In this document: piece after piece, positions 51,010 to 61,244 of the stretch | Numbering within the stretch: position 1 is the stretch's first letter | How the letters are laid out: every line of letters starts with the position of its first letter | NCBI GenBank assembly: GCA_959596515.1 | Contig: CAUFXR010000002.1 | Coordinates: 1,153-65,152 of the forward strand | Direction: 5' to 3' | Origin: an uncultured Oscillospiraceae bacterium | GTDB lineage: Bacteria; Bacillota; Clostridia; Oscillospirales; Acutalibacteraceae | Length of the DNA: 64,000 nucleotides | Made by a program: the position numbers and the translations under genes | The notes under the pieces: generated by a model | The model's database searches: none | The model's input: only the letters and a program-made list of their open reading frames with translations | What the model was told of the DNA's origin: nothing

Positions 51010-51522
51010 TTGATCATTTTAGGAATCGATCCTGGCTACGCCATTGTTGGCTATGGAGCTTTGCGATTTGAGTACGGCCAATATCGTGCCATTGGCTTTG
51101 GTGCCATTACCACTGAGTCTGGGATGAATTTTTCCGCCCGGCTTCAGTACATTTACGACAATATGATGGAAATGATACGCCAGTGCAAGCCAGACGCGAT
51201 CGCTATTGAAAAGCTCTATTTTCATACTAACCAAAAAACTGTTATCCATGTAGCAGAGGCGAGAGGAATTATCTTGTTGGCGGCCGAGAAATCAGGTGTG
51301 CCAATTTTTGAGTATACGCCCCTTCAGGTAAAAACAGCTGTAACAGGCTATGGCCGCGCCCATAAGCCGCAAGTGATGGAAATGACCACTCGTCTACTGA
51401 AACTAAAAGAAGTCCCCAAACCCGATGATACTGCCGACGCCCTAGCTGTGGCAATCTGTCATGCTCATGCCTCTGGCTCCAAATTTCGGTATCAAATGCT
51501 TTGGAAAAAGAAGGAGGAATAA
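51010..51522 (+). CDS. ruvC: Holliday junction resolvase
   Basis: ILGIDPG, AIEKLYF, EYTPLQVK, DDTADALA. Confidence 0.96.
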   Translation: MIILGIDPGYAIVGYGALRFEYGQYRAIGFGAITTESGMNFSARLQYIYDNMMEMIRQCKPDAIAIEKLYFHTNQKTVIHVAEARGIILLAAEKSGVPIFEYTPLQVKTAVTGYGRAHKPQVMEMTTRLLKLKEVPKPDDTADALAVAICHAHASGSKFRYQMLWKKKEE

Positions 51523-51528
51523 AAATAG

Positions 51529-52128
51529 ATGCTTTATCGGTTACGAGGAAATTTAATTCACACAGAGCCCTCCTTTGCGGTCATTGAATGTGCCGGCGTA
51601 GGATATAAATGTTATACCACTATGAATACCCAGCGTAGTCTTCCCTCCATTGGTAAGGAGGCAATCCTTTATACCCATATGAATGTCCGGGAAGATGCGG
51701 TTGATCTATTTGGGTTTTCCAGCCTTGCGGAGCTAAACTGCTTTAAGTTGTTGACATCAGTTTCAGGGGTAGGACCAAAAGTAGGTTTAGCCATTCTTTC
51801 TGTTCTTCTTCCGGAGCAGGTGGCTGTAGCTGTGGCTTCGGGAGATTTCAAAACCTTAACAATGGCTCAGGGAGTAGGTAATAAATTAGCTCAAAGAGTT
51901 GTTTTGGAGTTGAAGGATAAGCTGAAAGCCCTAGGCGGCGGGGAAGAGGTTACTGCCGCAGCTGGAGTAGTAAACGCGGCAGGAAATGCCGCCGAGGCAA
52001 TGAATGCTTTGACAGTACTGGGCTATACCCCAAGCGATGTCGCACCGGTGGTAGCGAAATTTGACAGTTCATTGCCAGTAGAGGAGCTAATTCGGCTTAC
52101 CTTAAAGGCTATGGCTGGGAGGATGTAA
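51529..52128 (+). CDS. ruvA: Holliday junction branch migration protein
   Basis: GVGY, VREDA..LFGF, VSGVGPK, ALTVLGY. Confidence 0.96.
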   Translation: MLYRLRGNLIHTEPSFAVIECAGVGYKCYTTMNTQRSLPSIGKEAILYTHMNVREDAVDLFGFSSLAELNCFKLLTSVSGVGPKVGLAILSVLLPEQVAVAVASGDFKTLTMAQGVGNKLAQRVVLELKDKLKALGGGEEVTAAAGVVNAAGNAAEAMNALTVLGYTPSDVAPVVAKFDSSLPVEELIRLTLKAMAGRM

Positions 52129-52131
52129 TCA

Positions 52132-53184
52132 GTGGATTTCGAATTTGATTTGGAAAACCGGATTGTAGACCCGGAAGATATTCCTGAAGACGCGGATATT
52201 GAAAACCCGCTGCGGCCTAGAACGCTTTCGGAGTATATCGGCCAGGAAAAAGCGAAGGAAAACCTGTCGGTATTTATTGAGGCTGCTAAGCTGCGCCATG
52301 AGTCTTTAGATCATGTGCTGTTATATGGTCCTCCCGGTTTGGGAAAGACTACTTTGGCAGGGATCATCGCCAATGAGCTGAATGTGAATATCCGCATTAC
52401 TTCTGGCCCCGCGATTGAGAAACCGGGAGATTTGGCGGCTCTGTTGACCAACCTGAACAGCGGCGATGTGCTGTTTATCGATGAAATTCATAGGCTTTCC
52501 AGAAGTGTCGAGGAAATTTTGTACCCCGCGATGGAAGACTTCGCCATTGACATTATTACGGGAAAAGGACAAATGGCGGCCTCTTATCATTTACCTCTTC
52601 CTAAGTTCACCTTAGTGGGGGCCACTACCCGGGCGGGACAGCTGACCGCGCCTCTGCGGGATCGGTTTGGTGTCGTACTTCGGCTGGAGATGTATACCCC
52701 AGAGGAGCTCGCTACCATTGTATCCAGAAGCGCCAAAATTTTAGGAATTGAAACCAATCAGGATGGAGCGCTGGAAATCGCTTCTCGTTCTCGAGGAACC
52801 CCAAGAATCGCCAATAGATTGCTGAAACGGGTACGGGATTTCGCGCAGGTGATGAGCGATGGTGTCATCACCTATGAAACGGCTAAAGTGGCTTTAGATA
52901 AGTTAGAAATTGATGAATTGGGTCTAGATGGAAATGACAGAAGGATGCTGGAAACTCTGATCCGCTTTTACAAAGGCGGTCCGGTCGGTTTGGAAACCCT
53001 GGCTGCGGCGATCGGCGAGGAAGCGGTGACCATAGAGGATGTTTATGAGCCTTATCTCATGCAGATCGGATTTTTGAGCAGAACCCCCAGAGGCAGATGT
53101 GCTACTCACGCTGCCTATCTTCATTTAGGAATAACCCCTCCCGGAATGGAGCGGGAGGATTCTGAACAAACAACAATATTTTAA
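52132..53184 (+). CDS. ruvB: Holliday junction branch migration helicase
   Basis: [38 protein letters not shown]. Confidence 0.98.
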   Translation: MDFEFDLENRIVDPEDIPEDADIENPLRPRTLSEYIGQEKAKENLSVFIEAAKLRHESLDHVLLYGPPGLGKTTLAGIIANELNVNIRITSGPAIEKPGDLAALLTNLNSGDVLFIDEIHRLSRSVEEILYPAMEDFAIDIITGKGQMAASYHLPLPKFTLVGATTRAGQLTAPLRDRFGVVLRLEMYTPEELATIVSRSAKILGIETNQDGALEIASRSRGTPRIANRLLKRVRDFAQVMSDGVITYETAKVALDKLEIDELGLDGNDRRMLETLIRFYKGGPVGLETLAAAIGEEAVTIEDVYEPYLMQIGFLSRTPRGRCATHAAYLHLGITPPGMEREDSEQTTIF

Positions 53185-53202
53185 AGGACAGGAGCTCTAG
53201 TT

Positions 53203-54552
53203 ATGGGAAGACTTTTTGGAACTGACGGCGCCAGAGGCGTCGCCAATACGGAATTGACCTGTGAGTTAGCAATGAACATTGGCAGGGCGGCCGCTATGGT
53301 GTTGACGGATAACGCTCACCGGCATCCCCGTATTCTAATCGGAAAAGATACCCGGATTTCCTCTGATATGCTTGAGGGAGCGCTGACTGCTGGTTTGTGC
53401 TCTGTAGGCGCGGATGTGATCAGCTTGGGTGTGATTCCCACTCCGGCGGTAGCTTTTTTGGTTGGAAAATATAAAGCGGATGCCGGAATTATGATCTCTG
53501 CCAGTCATAATCCCTGCGAGTTTAATGGCATCAAGATTTTCAGCGGCGATGGTTATAAACTTCCTGATGCCTTGGAAGAACAGATCGAGTCTATCGTGTT
53601 GGATCATAGAGTGCCTTATCTTTCACCCGAGGGAGGAGACATCGGCCGGGTATCGGTAGCGGAAAACGCGGTGAAAGACTATATCGATCACATTAAAGCT
53701 ACGGTTCCCTTCGCGTTGGATGGTATGAAGATCGCTTTAGACTGTGCTAATGGTTCAGCTTCCAGAACAGCAGAGCGTTTGTTCACCGAATTAGGCGCAG
53801 AAGTCTATATGCTTTCAAATCAGCCCGATGGCGTGAATATTAACGATCATTGCGGCTCTACCCACATGGAAAACTTAATGGCCTATGTAAAGGAAAACCA
53901 GCTGGATGCCGGCGTAGCCTTCGACGGCGATGCGGACCGCTGCCTTGCGGTAGACGATCAGGGAAATTTGGTAGACGGCGATTTTGTGATGGCGATTTGC
54001 GCCTTGGATATGAAATCCCGGGGAAAGCTGGCCAAAAACACAGTGGTAGGCACCATTATGACCAATATGGGATTTATCCGTTTTTGTGAAGAAAACGGTA
54101 TGAATTTTGTAGCCACTAAAGTAGGGGACCGGTATGTACTGGAAGAAATGCTTCTGGAAGAATACAGCTTCGGCGGAGAGCAGTCCGGTCATGTCATTTT
54201 TCTGGATTTCGGCACTACTGGTGACGGTCAACTGACCGCGGCTCAGTTGATCAGCATTTTGAAGCGTCGTCAAGCGAAGCTTTCCAGCTTGGCCACCTTA
54301 ATGGAAAGGTATCCGCAGGTAATGGTCAATGTTCGTGTCAGCCCCGAGGGTAAGCTTCGGTTTTATACCGACGCCGATATCAAGGCTGCTACAGAAAAAG
54401 CCAAAGCTGTACTGGGAAAGACAGGGCGAATCGTTGTGCGAGTTTCCGGTACAGAGCCTCTAATCCGGGTAATGGTAGAAGGCGAGCAGGAAGAAACTAT
54501 CAACCGGCTAGCTAACGAGGTAGCGGATGTGATCCGGGATAAGCTGGTATAA
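53203..54552 (+). CDS. glmM: Phosphoglucosamine mutase
   Basis: FGTDG, MISASHNP, FDGDADR, GGEQSGH, RVSGTEP. Confidence 0.96.
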   Translation: MGRLFGTDGARGVANTELTCELAMNIGRAAAMVLTDNAHRHPRILIGKDTRISSDMLEGALTAGLCSVGADVISLGVIPTPAVAFLVGKYKADAGIMISASHNPCEFNGIKIFSGDGYKLPDALEEQIESIVLDHRVPYLSPEGGDIGRVSVAENAVKDYIDHIKATVPFALDGMKIALDCANGSASRTAERLFTELGAEVYMLSNQPDGVNINDHCGSTHMENLMAYVKENQLDAGVAFDGDADRCLAVDDQGNLVDGDFVMAICALDMKSRGKLAKNTVVGTIMTNMGFIRFCEENGMNFVATKVGDRYVLEEMLLEEYSFGGEQSGHVIFLDFGTTGDGQLTAAQLISILKRRQAKLSSLATLMERYPQVMVNVRVSPEGKLRFYTDADIKAATEKAKAVLGKTGRIVVRVSGTEPLIRVMVEGEQEETINRLANEVADVIRDKLV

Positions 54553-54916
54553 CAAAATTTCAATGTTAATGAGCGGAAGCTTAATTTATGAAATGTCTCG
54601 CTTAAATAGGTTTTCTTAATTCTCACGAGAGAAAAATTTTGCTGTTTTCTCTTAAAAACATGAACTGATAGTGCAGAGAAGCTTTCGGGAAACGGAAGCT
54701 TCTCTCAACACTCAAAATTGCAAATGATGACACTAGCACAAGATATCGCGGCGAAACCGCCTGAAAATTATTTTTCGATCCCTGAGTGGACAGATCATTT
54801 ATATTTCTTAACTATTCTTTGAAAACTAATAAATTACTTGAATGAAACGCCGCTGCCCTTTGGAAAGATAAAAAAATCTGGAGAAGGCTGTGAAAATAAA
54901 ATTGGGAGGAACTGTT

Positions 54917-55789
54917 TTGAGAGCTGCCAATTGGAAGGATTATGAACTTTTGGATACCAGCGCTGGTGAGAGGCTGGAACGGTGGGGTGAGGTTATTTTA
55001 ATTCGTCCAGACCCACAGATCATTTGGAATACTCCCAAACAGCTTGCCTTATGGAAACAAGCCCACGCCCGCTACCGCCGTTCTAATACGGGAGGTGGTT
55101 CGTGGCAGATTCTCAAAAAGATTCCGCCTGTTTGGAAAATCAATTATGGAGACCTACGGTTTCAGGTAAAAACTATGGGATTTAAGCATACTGGCGTATT
55201 CCCGGAGCAAGCGGTAAACTGGGATTTTACCGGAAATTTGATTCGGAACGCAAAGAAGCCCTTGAAAGTGTTAAATTTGTTCGCTTACACTGGAGGAGCG
55301 ACCTTGGCCTGCGCTCAGGCGGGAGCCAGTGTATGCCATGTGGACGCTTCCAAAGGTATGGTGGCGTGGGCCAGGGAAAACGCCGCAGTGTCCGGTCTCG
55401 CGGACAAGCCGATTCGCTGGCTTGTGGATGACTGTATCAAGTTCGTTCAGAGAGAGCAGAGAAGAGGAAACCGATACGATGGAATTATTATGGATCCTCC
55501 ATCTTACGGAAGAGGCCCCGGCGGCGAGGTTTGGAAGCTGGAGGAACAGCTTTTTTCTCTGGTGGAATTGTGCCGAAATATTTTATCTCCCGATGCTAAG
55601 TTTTTCCTGCTGAACAGCTATACCACAGGTCTGTCCCCCTCGGTAATGGAATACCTTCTAGGCGTTCTTCTGCAAAAAAACATGGGCGGCAGGGTGACTT
55701 CTGATGAGATCGGTTTGCCGGTGACCAGTACCGGTCAGGTGCTTCCCTGCGGTTCCACAGCAATTTGGATAGGAAAAGACGTAGAGTAA
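54917..55789 (+). CDS. Class I SAM-dependent methyltransferase (RlmI/RlmK-like)
   Basis: HTGVFPEQ, LNLFAYTG, MDPPSY; TTG start after GGAGG. Confidence 0.85.
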   Translation: MRAANWKDYELLDTSAGERLERWGEVILIRPDPQIIWNTPKQLALWKQAHARYRRSNTGGGSWQILKKIPPVWKINYGDLRFQVKTMGFKHTGVFPEQAVNWDFTGNLIRNAKKPLKVLNLFAYTGGATLACAQAGASVCHVDASKGMVAWARENAAVSGLADKPIRWLVDDCIKFVQREQRRGNRYDGIIMDPPSYGRGPGGEVWKLEEQLFSLVELCRNILSPDAKFFLLNSYTTGLSPSVMEYLLGVLLQKNMGGRVTSDEIGLPVTSTGQVLPCGSTAIWIGKDVE

Positions 55790-55845
55790 TCAAACATTGA
55801 TGATGGTAGCGTCAAATTCGGCGCTTACAGATAGGAATTGTAGGT

Positions 55846-56706
55846 ATGAGTTTTATTAATGTTGAAAATGTAACCTTTCGGTATGGATCAGAAGATCCCC
55901 TAAGCCTAAAGGAAGCTTTGTCCGGGATAAGCCTCTCTGTAGAAAAGGGAGAATTTGTGGCATTGTTGGGCCATAACGGCTGCGGGAAATCCACGCTGGC
56001 AAAGCATTTTAACGCGATGCTGTTGCCAACCAGCGGTAAAGTGTTTGTCGACGGAATGGACACCGCGGATGAAAGTTTAAAATATGAGATTCGGCGACGC
56101 GTGGGATTAGTACTGCAGAATCCGGATAACCAGCTAGTGGCATCCATTGTGGAGGAAGACGTAGCCTTTGGTCCGGAAAATCTGGGAGTACCGCCCCAAG
56201 AAATTCGTCAAAGAGTGGATGCCGCCTTAAAAGCGGTGGAGATGTATGATTATCGTCTAGCCGCTCCCTATAAGCTTTCCGGGGGTCAAAAACAACGGGT
56301 CGCTATCGCGGGAATCATCGCCATGCAGCCCGAGTGTATCGTTTTGGACGAACCTACCGCTATGCTGGATCCAAGAGGCCGGACCGAAGTATTGGACACT
56401 ATCCATAAGCTAAATCGGGAATTGGGGATTACCATCGTTCTGATTACCCACTACATGGATGAGGCGGTTACCGCGGACCGTGTGGTTGTGATGGACAGCG
56501 GCAGGATTCTTACCGAGGGAACACCGAAAGAGGTGTTCTCCAAAGTGGAGCTTTTAAAACAGCATCATCTGGATGTCCCTCAGGCGACAGAGCTTTGTTA
56601 CCGGCTGCGGGCTTGCGGCTGTAAAGTGCCTCTGGGTATATTGGATGCGAAAGAATGCGTCGGGATTTTAGAAAAGCTTTTGGAGGCAGAGAGATGCCCA
56701 TCTTAG
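55846..56706 (+). CDS. ecfA1: ECF transporter ATPase A1
   Basis: GHNGCGKS, QNPDNQ, LSGGQKQR, LDEPT. Confidence 0.92.
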   Translation: MSFINVENVTFRYGSEDPLSLKEALSGISLSVEKGEFVALLGHNGCGKSTLAKHFNAMLLPTSGKVFVDGMDTADESLKYEIRRRVGLVLQNPDNQLVASIVEEDVAFGPENLGVPPQEIRQRVDAALKAVEMYDYRLAAPYKLSGGQKQRVAIAGIIAMQPECIVLDEPTAMLDPRGRTEVLDTIHKLNRELGITIVLITHYMDEAVTADRVVVMDSGRILTEGTPKEVFSKVELLKQHHLDVPQATELCYRLRACGCKVPLGILDAKECVGILEKLLEAERCPS

Positions 56707-57566
56707 AGACACAGGATTTAACATATGTTTACGGCGCGGGAACTCCCTTTGAGAAAACCGCCGTTGACCATATCAGCCTTCAGATCGAGGAAGGGGAACT
56801 GGTGGGCGTAATCGGCCATACCGGCTCTGGTAAGTCTACCTTTGTGCAGCAGCTTAATGGCCTTTTGAAACCGACCTCAGGAAAAGTCCTTTTAAAGGGA
56901 AAAGATATCTGGGCGGAACCAAAGAAAATCAGAGCGATCCGTTTTCAGGTAGGCATGGTGTTCCAATATCCGGAGCATCAGCTTTTTGAGGAAACCGTGG
57001 AGAAAGATATCGCTTTTGGCCCCCAAAATATGGGCCTTTCAGAGGAAGAAATCAAGAAACGTGTAAAAATGGCAGCGGCTTTTGCTGGATTAAAGGAAAA
57101 TTTGCTCAAAGCGTCTCCGTTTGAGATTTCCGGCGGGGAAAAGCGGCGTGCTGCCATCGCCGGGGTCATAGCGATGGATCCAGAAGTATTGATTTTGGAC
57201 GAACCTACCGCCGGACTGGATCCCAAGGGCCGAGATGTACTTCTTTCTCAGATTGTAGATTATCATCGGCAAAAGCATAATACCGTCTTGCTGGTTTCCC
57301 ATAGTATGGAGGATATCGCCCGAATTGCCAATCGAGTTCTGGTGATTGATGACGGAAAAGTTGCTATGTTTGAGAAAACAGAAAAGGTATTTTCCCAAAG
57401 CGCGCGGCTGGCGCAAATGGGACTTAGAGTGCCTCAAATCACCAAAGTTATGACGATGTTGAAGGAGAAGGGATACCCGGTTTCCTCTGGAGTGCTGACG
57501 GTAGAACAGGGTGTCCAGGAGATTCTCCGCGTTTTAGGCAGAGAGGAGGGGTCCCGTGGTCAGTAA
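56694..57566 (+). CDS. ecfA2: ECF transporter ATPase A2
   Basis: GHTGSGKS, FQYPEHQLFEETV, SGGEKRR. Confidence 0.92.
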   Translation: MPILETQDLTYVYGAGTPFEKTAVDHISLQIEEGELVGVIGHTGSGKSTFVQQLNGLLKPTSGKVLLKGKDIWAEPKKIRAIRFQVGMVFQYPEHQLFEETVEKDIAFGPQNMGLSEEEIKKRVKMAAAFAGLKENLLKASPFEISGGEKRRAAIAGVIAMDPEVLILDEPTAGLDPKGRDVLLSQIVDYHRQKHNTVLLVSHSMEDIARIANRVLVIDDGKVAMFEKTEKVFSQSARLAQMGLRVPQITKVMTMLKEKGYPVSSGVLTVEQGVQEILRVLGREEGSRGQ

Positions 57567-58371
57567 TATTACATTAGGACAGTATGTCCCGGGAAAATCC
57601 TTTCTTCACCGTATGGATGCCAGAGTCAAAATTGTTTTAATTATTACGTTCATCGTTTTGGTGTTCGTAGGCCAGAACTATCCCGCTTTAGGAATCGTGG
57701 TGATTTCTATCCTGGGGGTTATGGCATTTTCTAATGTACCGGTAAAGCTCTATTTTAAAAGTTTGAAAATGATTATTTTTGTGGTAATTCTTACTGCAGG
57801 GCTGAATTTGTTTTATGGAAAAGGTGAACCGCTTTGGCAGCTTGGATTTATGACCATTACCGAAGCGGGTATTACCAACGCAGTATTTATCGCTTTGAGG
57901 ATTATTTCTCTGATTTTTATCAGTTCGGTGTTAACCTTTACCACATCCCCCACTGATCTTACCGACGCCCTGGAACGTTTGATGAAGCCATTAAAAGTAC
58001 TCCATATCAGCGTGCATGAGATCGCAATGATGATGACTATCGCTTTGCGGTTTGTACCCACACTGTTGGAAGAAACCGATAAGATCATGAGCGCCCAAAA
58101 AGCTCGTGGAGCTGATTTGGAAAGCGGCGGTCTGTTCCAGAGAATCAAAGCTTTGGTGCCGATTTTAATTCCCTTATTTGTGTCTTCCTTCCGCCGCGCC
58201 TATGAGCTGGCGATGGCAATGGAGTGCCGCTGTTATCAGGGAGGCGCCGGAAGAACCCGAATGAAAAGTATGCATATGACTCAGCTTGATGTTTACGCCA
58301 TCATTGGTATGTGCCTGATTTTAGTTGGGGTAGTGCTGTGTAATATTTTTTTACCGGCAGCTGTCCGATAA
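57556..58371 (+). CDS. ecfT: ECF transporter transmembrane component T
   Basis: LHRMDARVK, IALRFVP, QKARG, AMECRCY. Confidence 0.92.
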   Translation: MVSNITLGQYVPGKSFLHRMDARVKIVLIITFIVLVFVGQNYPALGIVVISILGVMAFSNVPVKLYFKSLKMIIFVVILTAGLNLFYGKGEPLWQLGFMTITEAGITNAVFIALRIISLIFISSVLTFTTSPTDLTDALERLMKPLKVLHISVHEIAMMMTIALRFVPTLLEETDKIMSAQKARGADLESGGLFQRIKALVPILIPLFVSSFRRAYELAMAMECRCYQGGAGRTRMKSMHMTQLDVYAIIGMCLILVGVVLCNIFLPAAVR

Positions 58372-58412
58372 TTTAGTAAACACCTGAAAAGCAGCCGGGA
58401 GGGAAAGCTCTT

Positions 58413-59168
58413 TTGGAAAAAAGAAATCTATTATTAACCATTGCGTATGACGGTCGTGCTTATCATGGCTGGCAGGTTCAGGAGAATGCCCTTTCCGTGC
58501 AGGCGGTCTTTCAAAACGCTCTGCGGCAAGTGATCGAAGACGATTTTGATGTAAAGGGATGTAGCCGTACAGATTCCGGCGTTCACGCGAACCAATATTG
58601 CATCAGTCTAAAAACCAGCCATCGGATCCCCTGTGAGCGGCTGGCGGCCGCTTTGAACCGATTTTTGCCAATGGATATGGTGGTAAAAAGCTGTCGTCCG
58701 GTCCCCATGGAGTTCCACGCCCGATATTCCTGCAAAGGGAAAGAATATCAGTATTTAATTTGGAATAATCCAGTGAGAAATCCTTTTTTAGACGGCCGCG
58801 CTTTTCACTACTGGTATCCTTTGGATACTGACAAACTGAACCAGGCGGCTCAGGCTTTTGTAGGGAAGCATGACTTCACCTCCTTCTGTACTTTAGACCA
58901 TCGCGAAAGGGACAATATGGAGCGGACGGTAAAATGTTGTTCTGTGACCCGGGAAGGGTCTTTGGTGACGTTTCGTGTAGAGGCCGACGGTTTTTTGTAT
59001 AACATGGTGCGTATTATGGTTGGTACTCTTTTGCGGATCGCTCAAGGGAAAATCCCGGAGGACGGAATCCCCGCAATTCTCGCAGCAAAGGATAGAAGTA
59101 AAGCAGGGCCCACAGCTCGGGCCTGTGGATTGTATTTAAACCGTGTATTTTACGAGGAGGACCTATAA
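58413..59168 (+). CDS. truA: tRNA pseudouridine(38-40) synthase
   Basis: YDG..YHGWQ, SRTDSGVHA, FLYNMVR. Confidence 0.95.
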   Translation: MEKRNLLLTIAYDGRAYHGWQVQENALSVQAVFQNALRQVIEDDFDVKGCSRTDSGVHANQYCISLKTSHRIPCERLAAALNRFLPMDMVVKSCRPVPMEFHARYSCKGKEYQYLIWNNPVRNPFLDGRAFHYWYPLDTDKLNQAAQAFVGKHDFTSFCTLDHRERDNMERTVKCCSVTREGSLVTFRVEADGFLYNMVRIMVGTLLRIAQGKIPEDGIPAILAAKDRSKAGPTARACGLYLNRVFYEEDL

Positions 59169-60452
59169 ATGCCCAAACGACCCGTACGGTATGAAAAGCA
59201 GAAAAAAGCCCGGGAAAGGGCATTAAGGGAGCGAAAAGCCCTCAGTTATGAGGATGTGCCTTTAGAGCAGTATGACCAGGAAGAAATTAAGCTGAAAAAG
59301 CCGCCAAAAAAGGTTGTGCGTTTGCTGCTGATTTTAGTTTTATGCAGTTTGGCGGTGATCTTATGGGCTAACCGGGAGTCTCTTTCGCCACAGCGGGTTG
59401 GAAATTGGTTTCAGAATACCTTGCTGGGAATGGGAGTAGGCAGTGGCTTTCCGACTCCGATTTCCGGCAGTGAGGTGCAGGAGGGCAATTTTCAGCTTTT
59501 GGATTATCAGGATGCAGTGGTGGTCAGCGATACGTCTTTTACCTTGTACAATGACAGCGCCAAGGAATTGGCCCAGCGCCAGCATAGTTTTGGCTCTCCG
59601 GTATTAAGAACTGACGGTAGTCTGGCGATGGTTTACCATCAAGAGGGAACAGGAATCAGAATTGAAAGCGCCTCGGAAACTTTAACTAACAGGAATCTGG
59701 AACAAAAAATTATTTCAGCGTCGGTTTCCTCCTCAGGCGTTTACGCCGCGCTGACCCAGTCCAAAAACTATCTGGGGGAGCTTACTGTCTATTTAAGTGA
59801 CGATACAGAAAAGTATAAGTATTATTTTTCCGAGTGGTACCCGGTTGACATTTCTTTGAGCGCAGATGGCACTTGGGGTGCTGTCACAGGAATTGCCGCT
59901 CAGGACGGAACCATAAAATCAGTGGTTTATATTTTTGACTTTAACGAAGAAGAGCCTAAGGCTAAATTTGAGTTTTCTGATAATCTTTTACTGTCGATTC
60001 GATGCTTAGAAAGCGGAAATGTCGCCGCAATCGGCAATAGGAGCGCCAGTATTATGATTCCATCTACCCAGGAAAAAATCGATTATGATTATCGAGGGAA
60101 AACCCTTTCCACGTTCCAGCTGGATCCTTATTATGGTATGGTACTCGCTTTGGCCCAATCAGAGGATGGCAGAAACTGTACTGTGGTAAGAATTGATAAT
60201 CAAGGAAAAACAGCTATGGAATATTCTGTAGCCCGGAAGATTACCTCTATTGGTTATAATAACGGGGTCGCCGGCATTCTTTCATCTGGAAAAATTTATA
60301 CCTATTCAGATCTGGGAGAGGAGACCGGTACTTACGACGCCGGCAACGACGCTAAGAAAATTCTTTTGTATTCCAACAGTCAAGCCTATGTGCTCGGCGT
60401 CAGCGAAATCCGGCAGGTGTTTTTTCTTAACGCAAGGGGGAATTATATTTGA
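59169..60452 (+). CDS. Membrane-anchored beta-propeller-like protein (DUF5711-like)
   Basis: Basic N-terminus, single TM, beta-rich repeats; family name from memory only. Confidence 0.6.
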   Translation: MPKRPVRYEKQKKARERALRERKALSYEDVPLEQYDQEEIKLKKPPKKVVRLLLILVLCSLAVILWANRESLSPQRVGNWFQNTLLGMGVGSGFPTPISGSEVQEGNFQLLDYQDAVVVSDTSFTLYNDSAKELAQRQHSFGSPVLRTDGSLAMVYHQEGTGIRIESASETLTNRNLEQKIISASVSSSGVYAALTQSKNYLGELTVYLSDDTEKYKYYFSEWYPVDISLSADGTWGAVTGIAAQDGTIKSVVYIFDFNEEEPKAKFEFSDNLLLSIRCLESGNVAAIGNRSASIMIPSTQEKIDYDYRGKTLSTFQLDPYYGMVLALAQSEDGRNCTVVRIDNQGKTAMEYSVARKITSIGYNNGVAGILSSGKIYTYSDLGEETGTYDAGNDAKKILLYSNSQAYVLGVSEIRQVFFLNARGNYI

Positions 60453-61153
60453 ATTATGTTCTTGACGCTATCATACTTGTCATTTTAATCTTTTTTATTT
60501 GCGGAGGAATCCGGCGGGGCGGTATTCGTTCCTTAATTGGCCTAATTTGCGCCGTGGTGGCAGTCTGGGGGGCTAGTTCTCTATCAAATATAGTTTCCCA
60601 GGGATTTTATTCCACATTTTTAGAGGCTTCATTGACTCAGCAGGTAGGTTCAGTGCTGCAGGGATCTTCCGGGGATGATCTAACAATCGCGGTAGAAAAA
60701 GTTTTGGAGGCTTTACCGGGACCTATTTCCTCCATTTTGGTCAAAGGCGGATTTGACGCCGCCTCTTTTCAACAAGGTACTCAGTGGGCGGCGGCTCAGG
60801 CGACGGAGACCATTATGGCTGGAATCTCCAAAATCATGGTGAATTTTCTGTCTATCGTGTTTTTCCTGATCCTGATGGTTCTCTTCTTTGTGATCTTGAT
60901 TTTGATTTACCGCTTCGTCATTCGTCCGGTATTGCGGTTACCGGTACTGCGGCAAATCGACAGTTTTCTCGGCTTTTTCATTGGTGTTTTGCAATGTATT
61001 CTGTTTTTGTTAGTCGCTACCACAGTGCTGCATTGGGTAGTATCTGCTATGGATCCCACACCGGTCATCTTCTCAAGAGAAACCATTGATCAGACATTTT
61101 TATTCCACTGGATCTATGATTGGAATCCGTTCTCTTTCTTTTTCACTGTGTAG
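60449..61153 (+). CDS. CvpA family membrane protein
   Basis: LDAII...GIRRGGI, IDSFLGFFIG. Confidence 0.75.
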   Translation: MNYVLDAIILVILIFFICGGIRRGGIRSLIGLICAVVAVWGASSLSNIVSQGFYSTFLEASLTQQVGSVLQGSSGDDLTIAVEKVLEALPGPISSILVKGGFDAASFQQGTQWAAAQATETIMAGISKIMVNFLSIVFFLILMVLFFVILILIYRFVIRPVLRLPVLRQIDSFLGFFIGVLQCILFLLVATTVLHWVVSAMDPTPVIFSRETIDQTFLFHWIYDWNPFSFFFTV

Positions 61154-61244
61154 GGGTTAGAAATTTAACATTCCTTAACAAATCATTAGAGCTTGAGGTG
61201 TATACTGTAAATGGCGAAAAATCCGCCAAAAAAGGAGAAACATT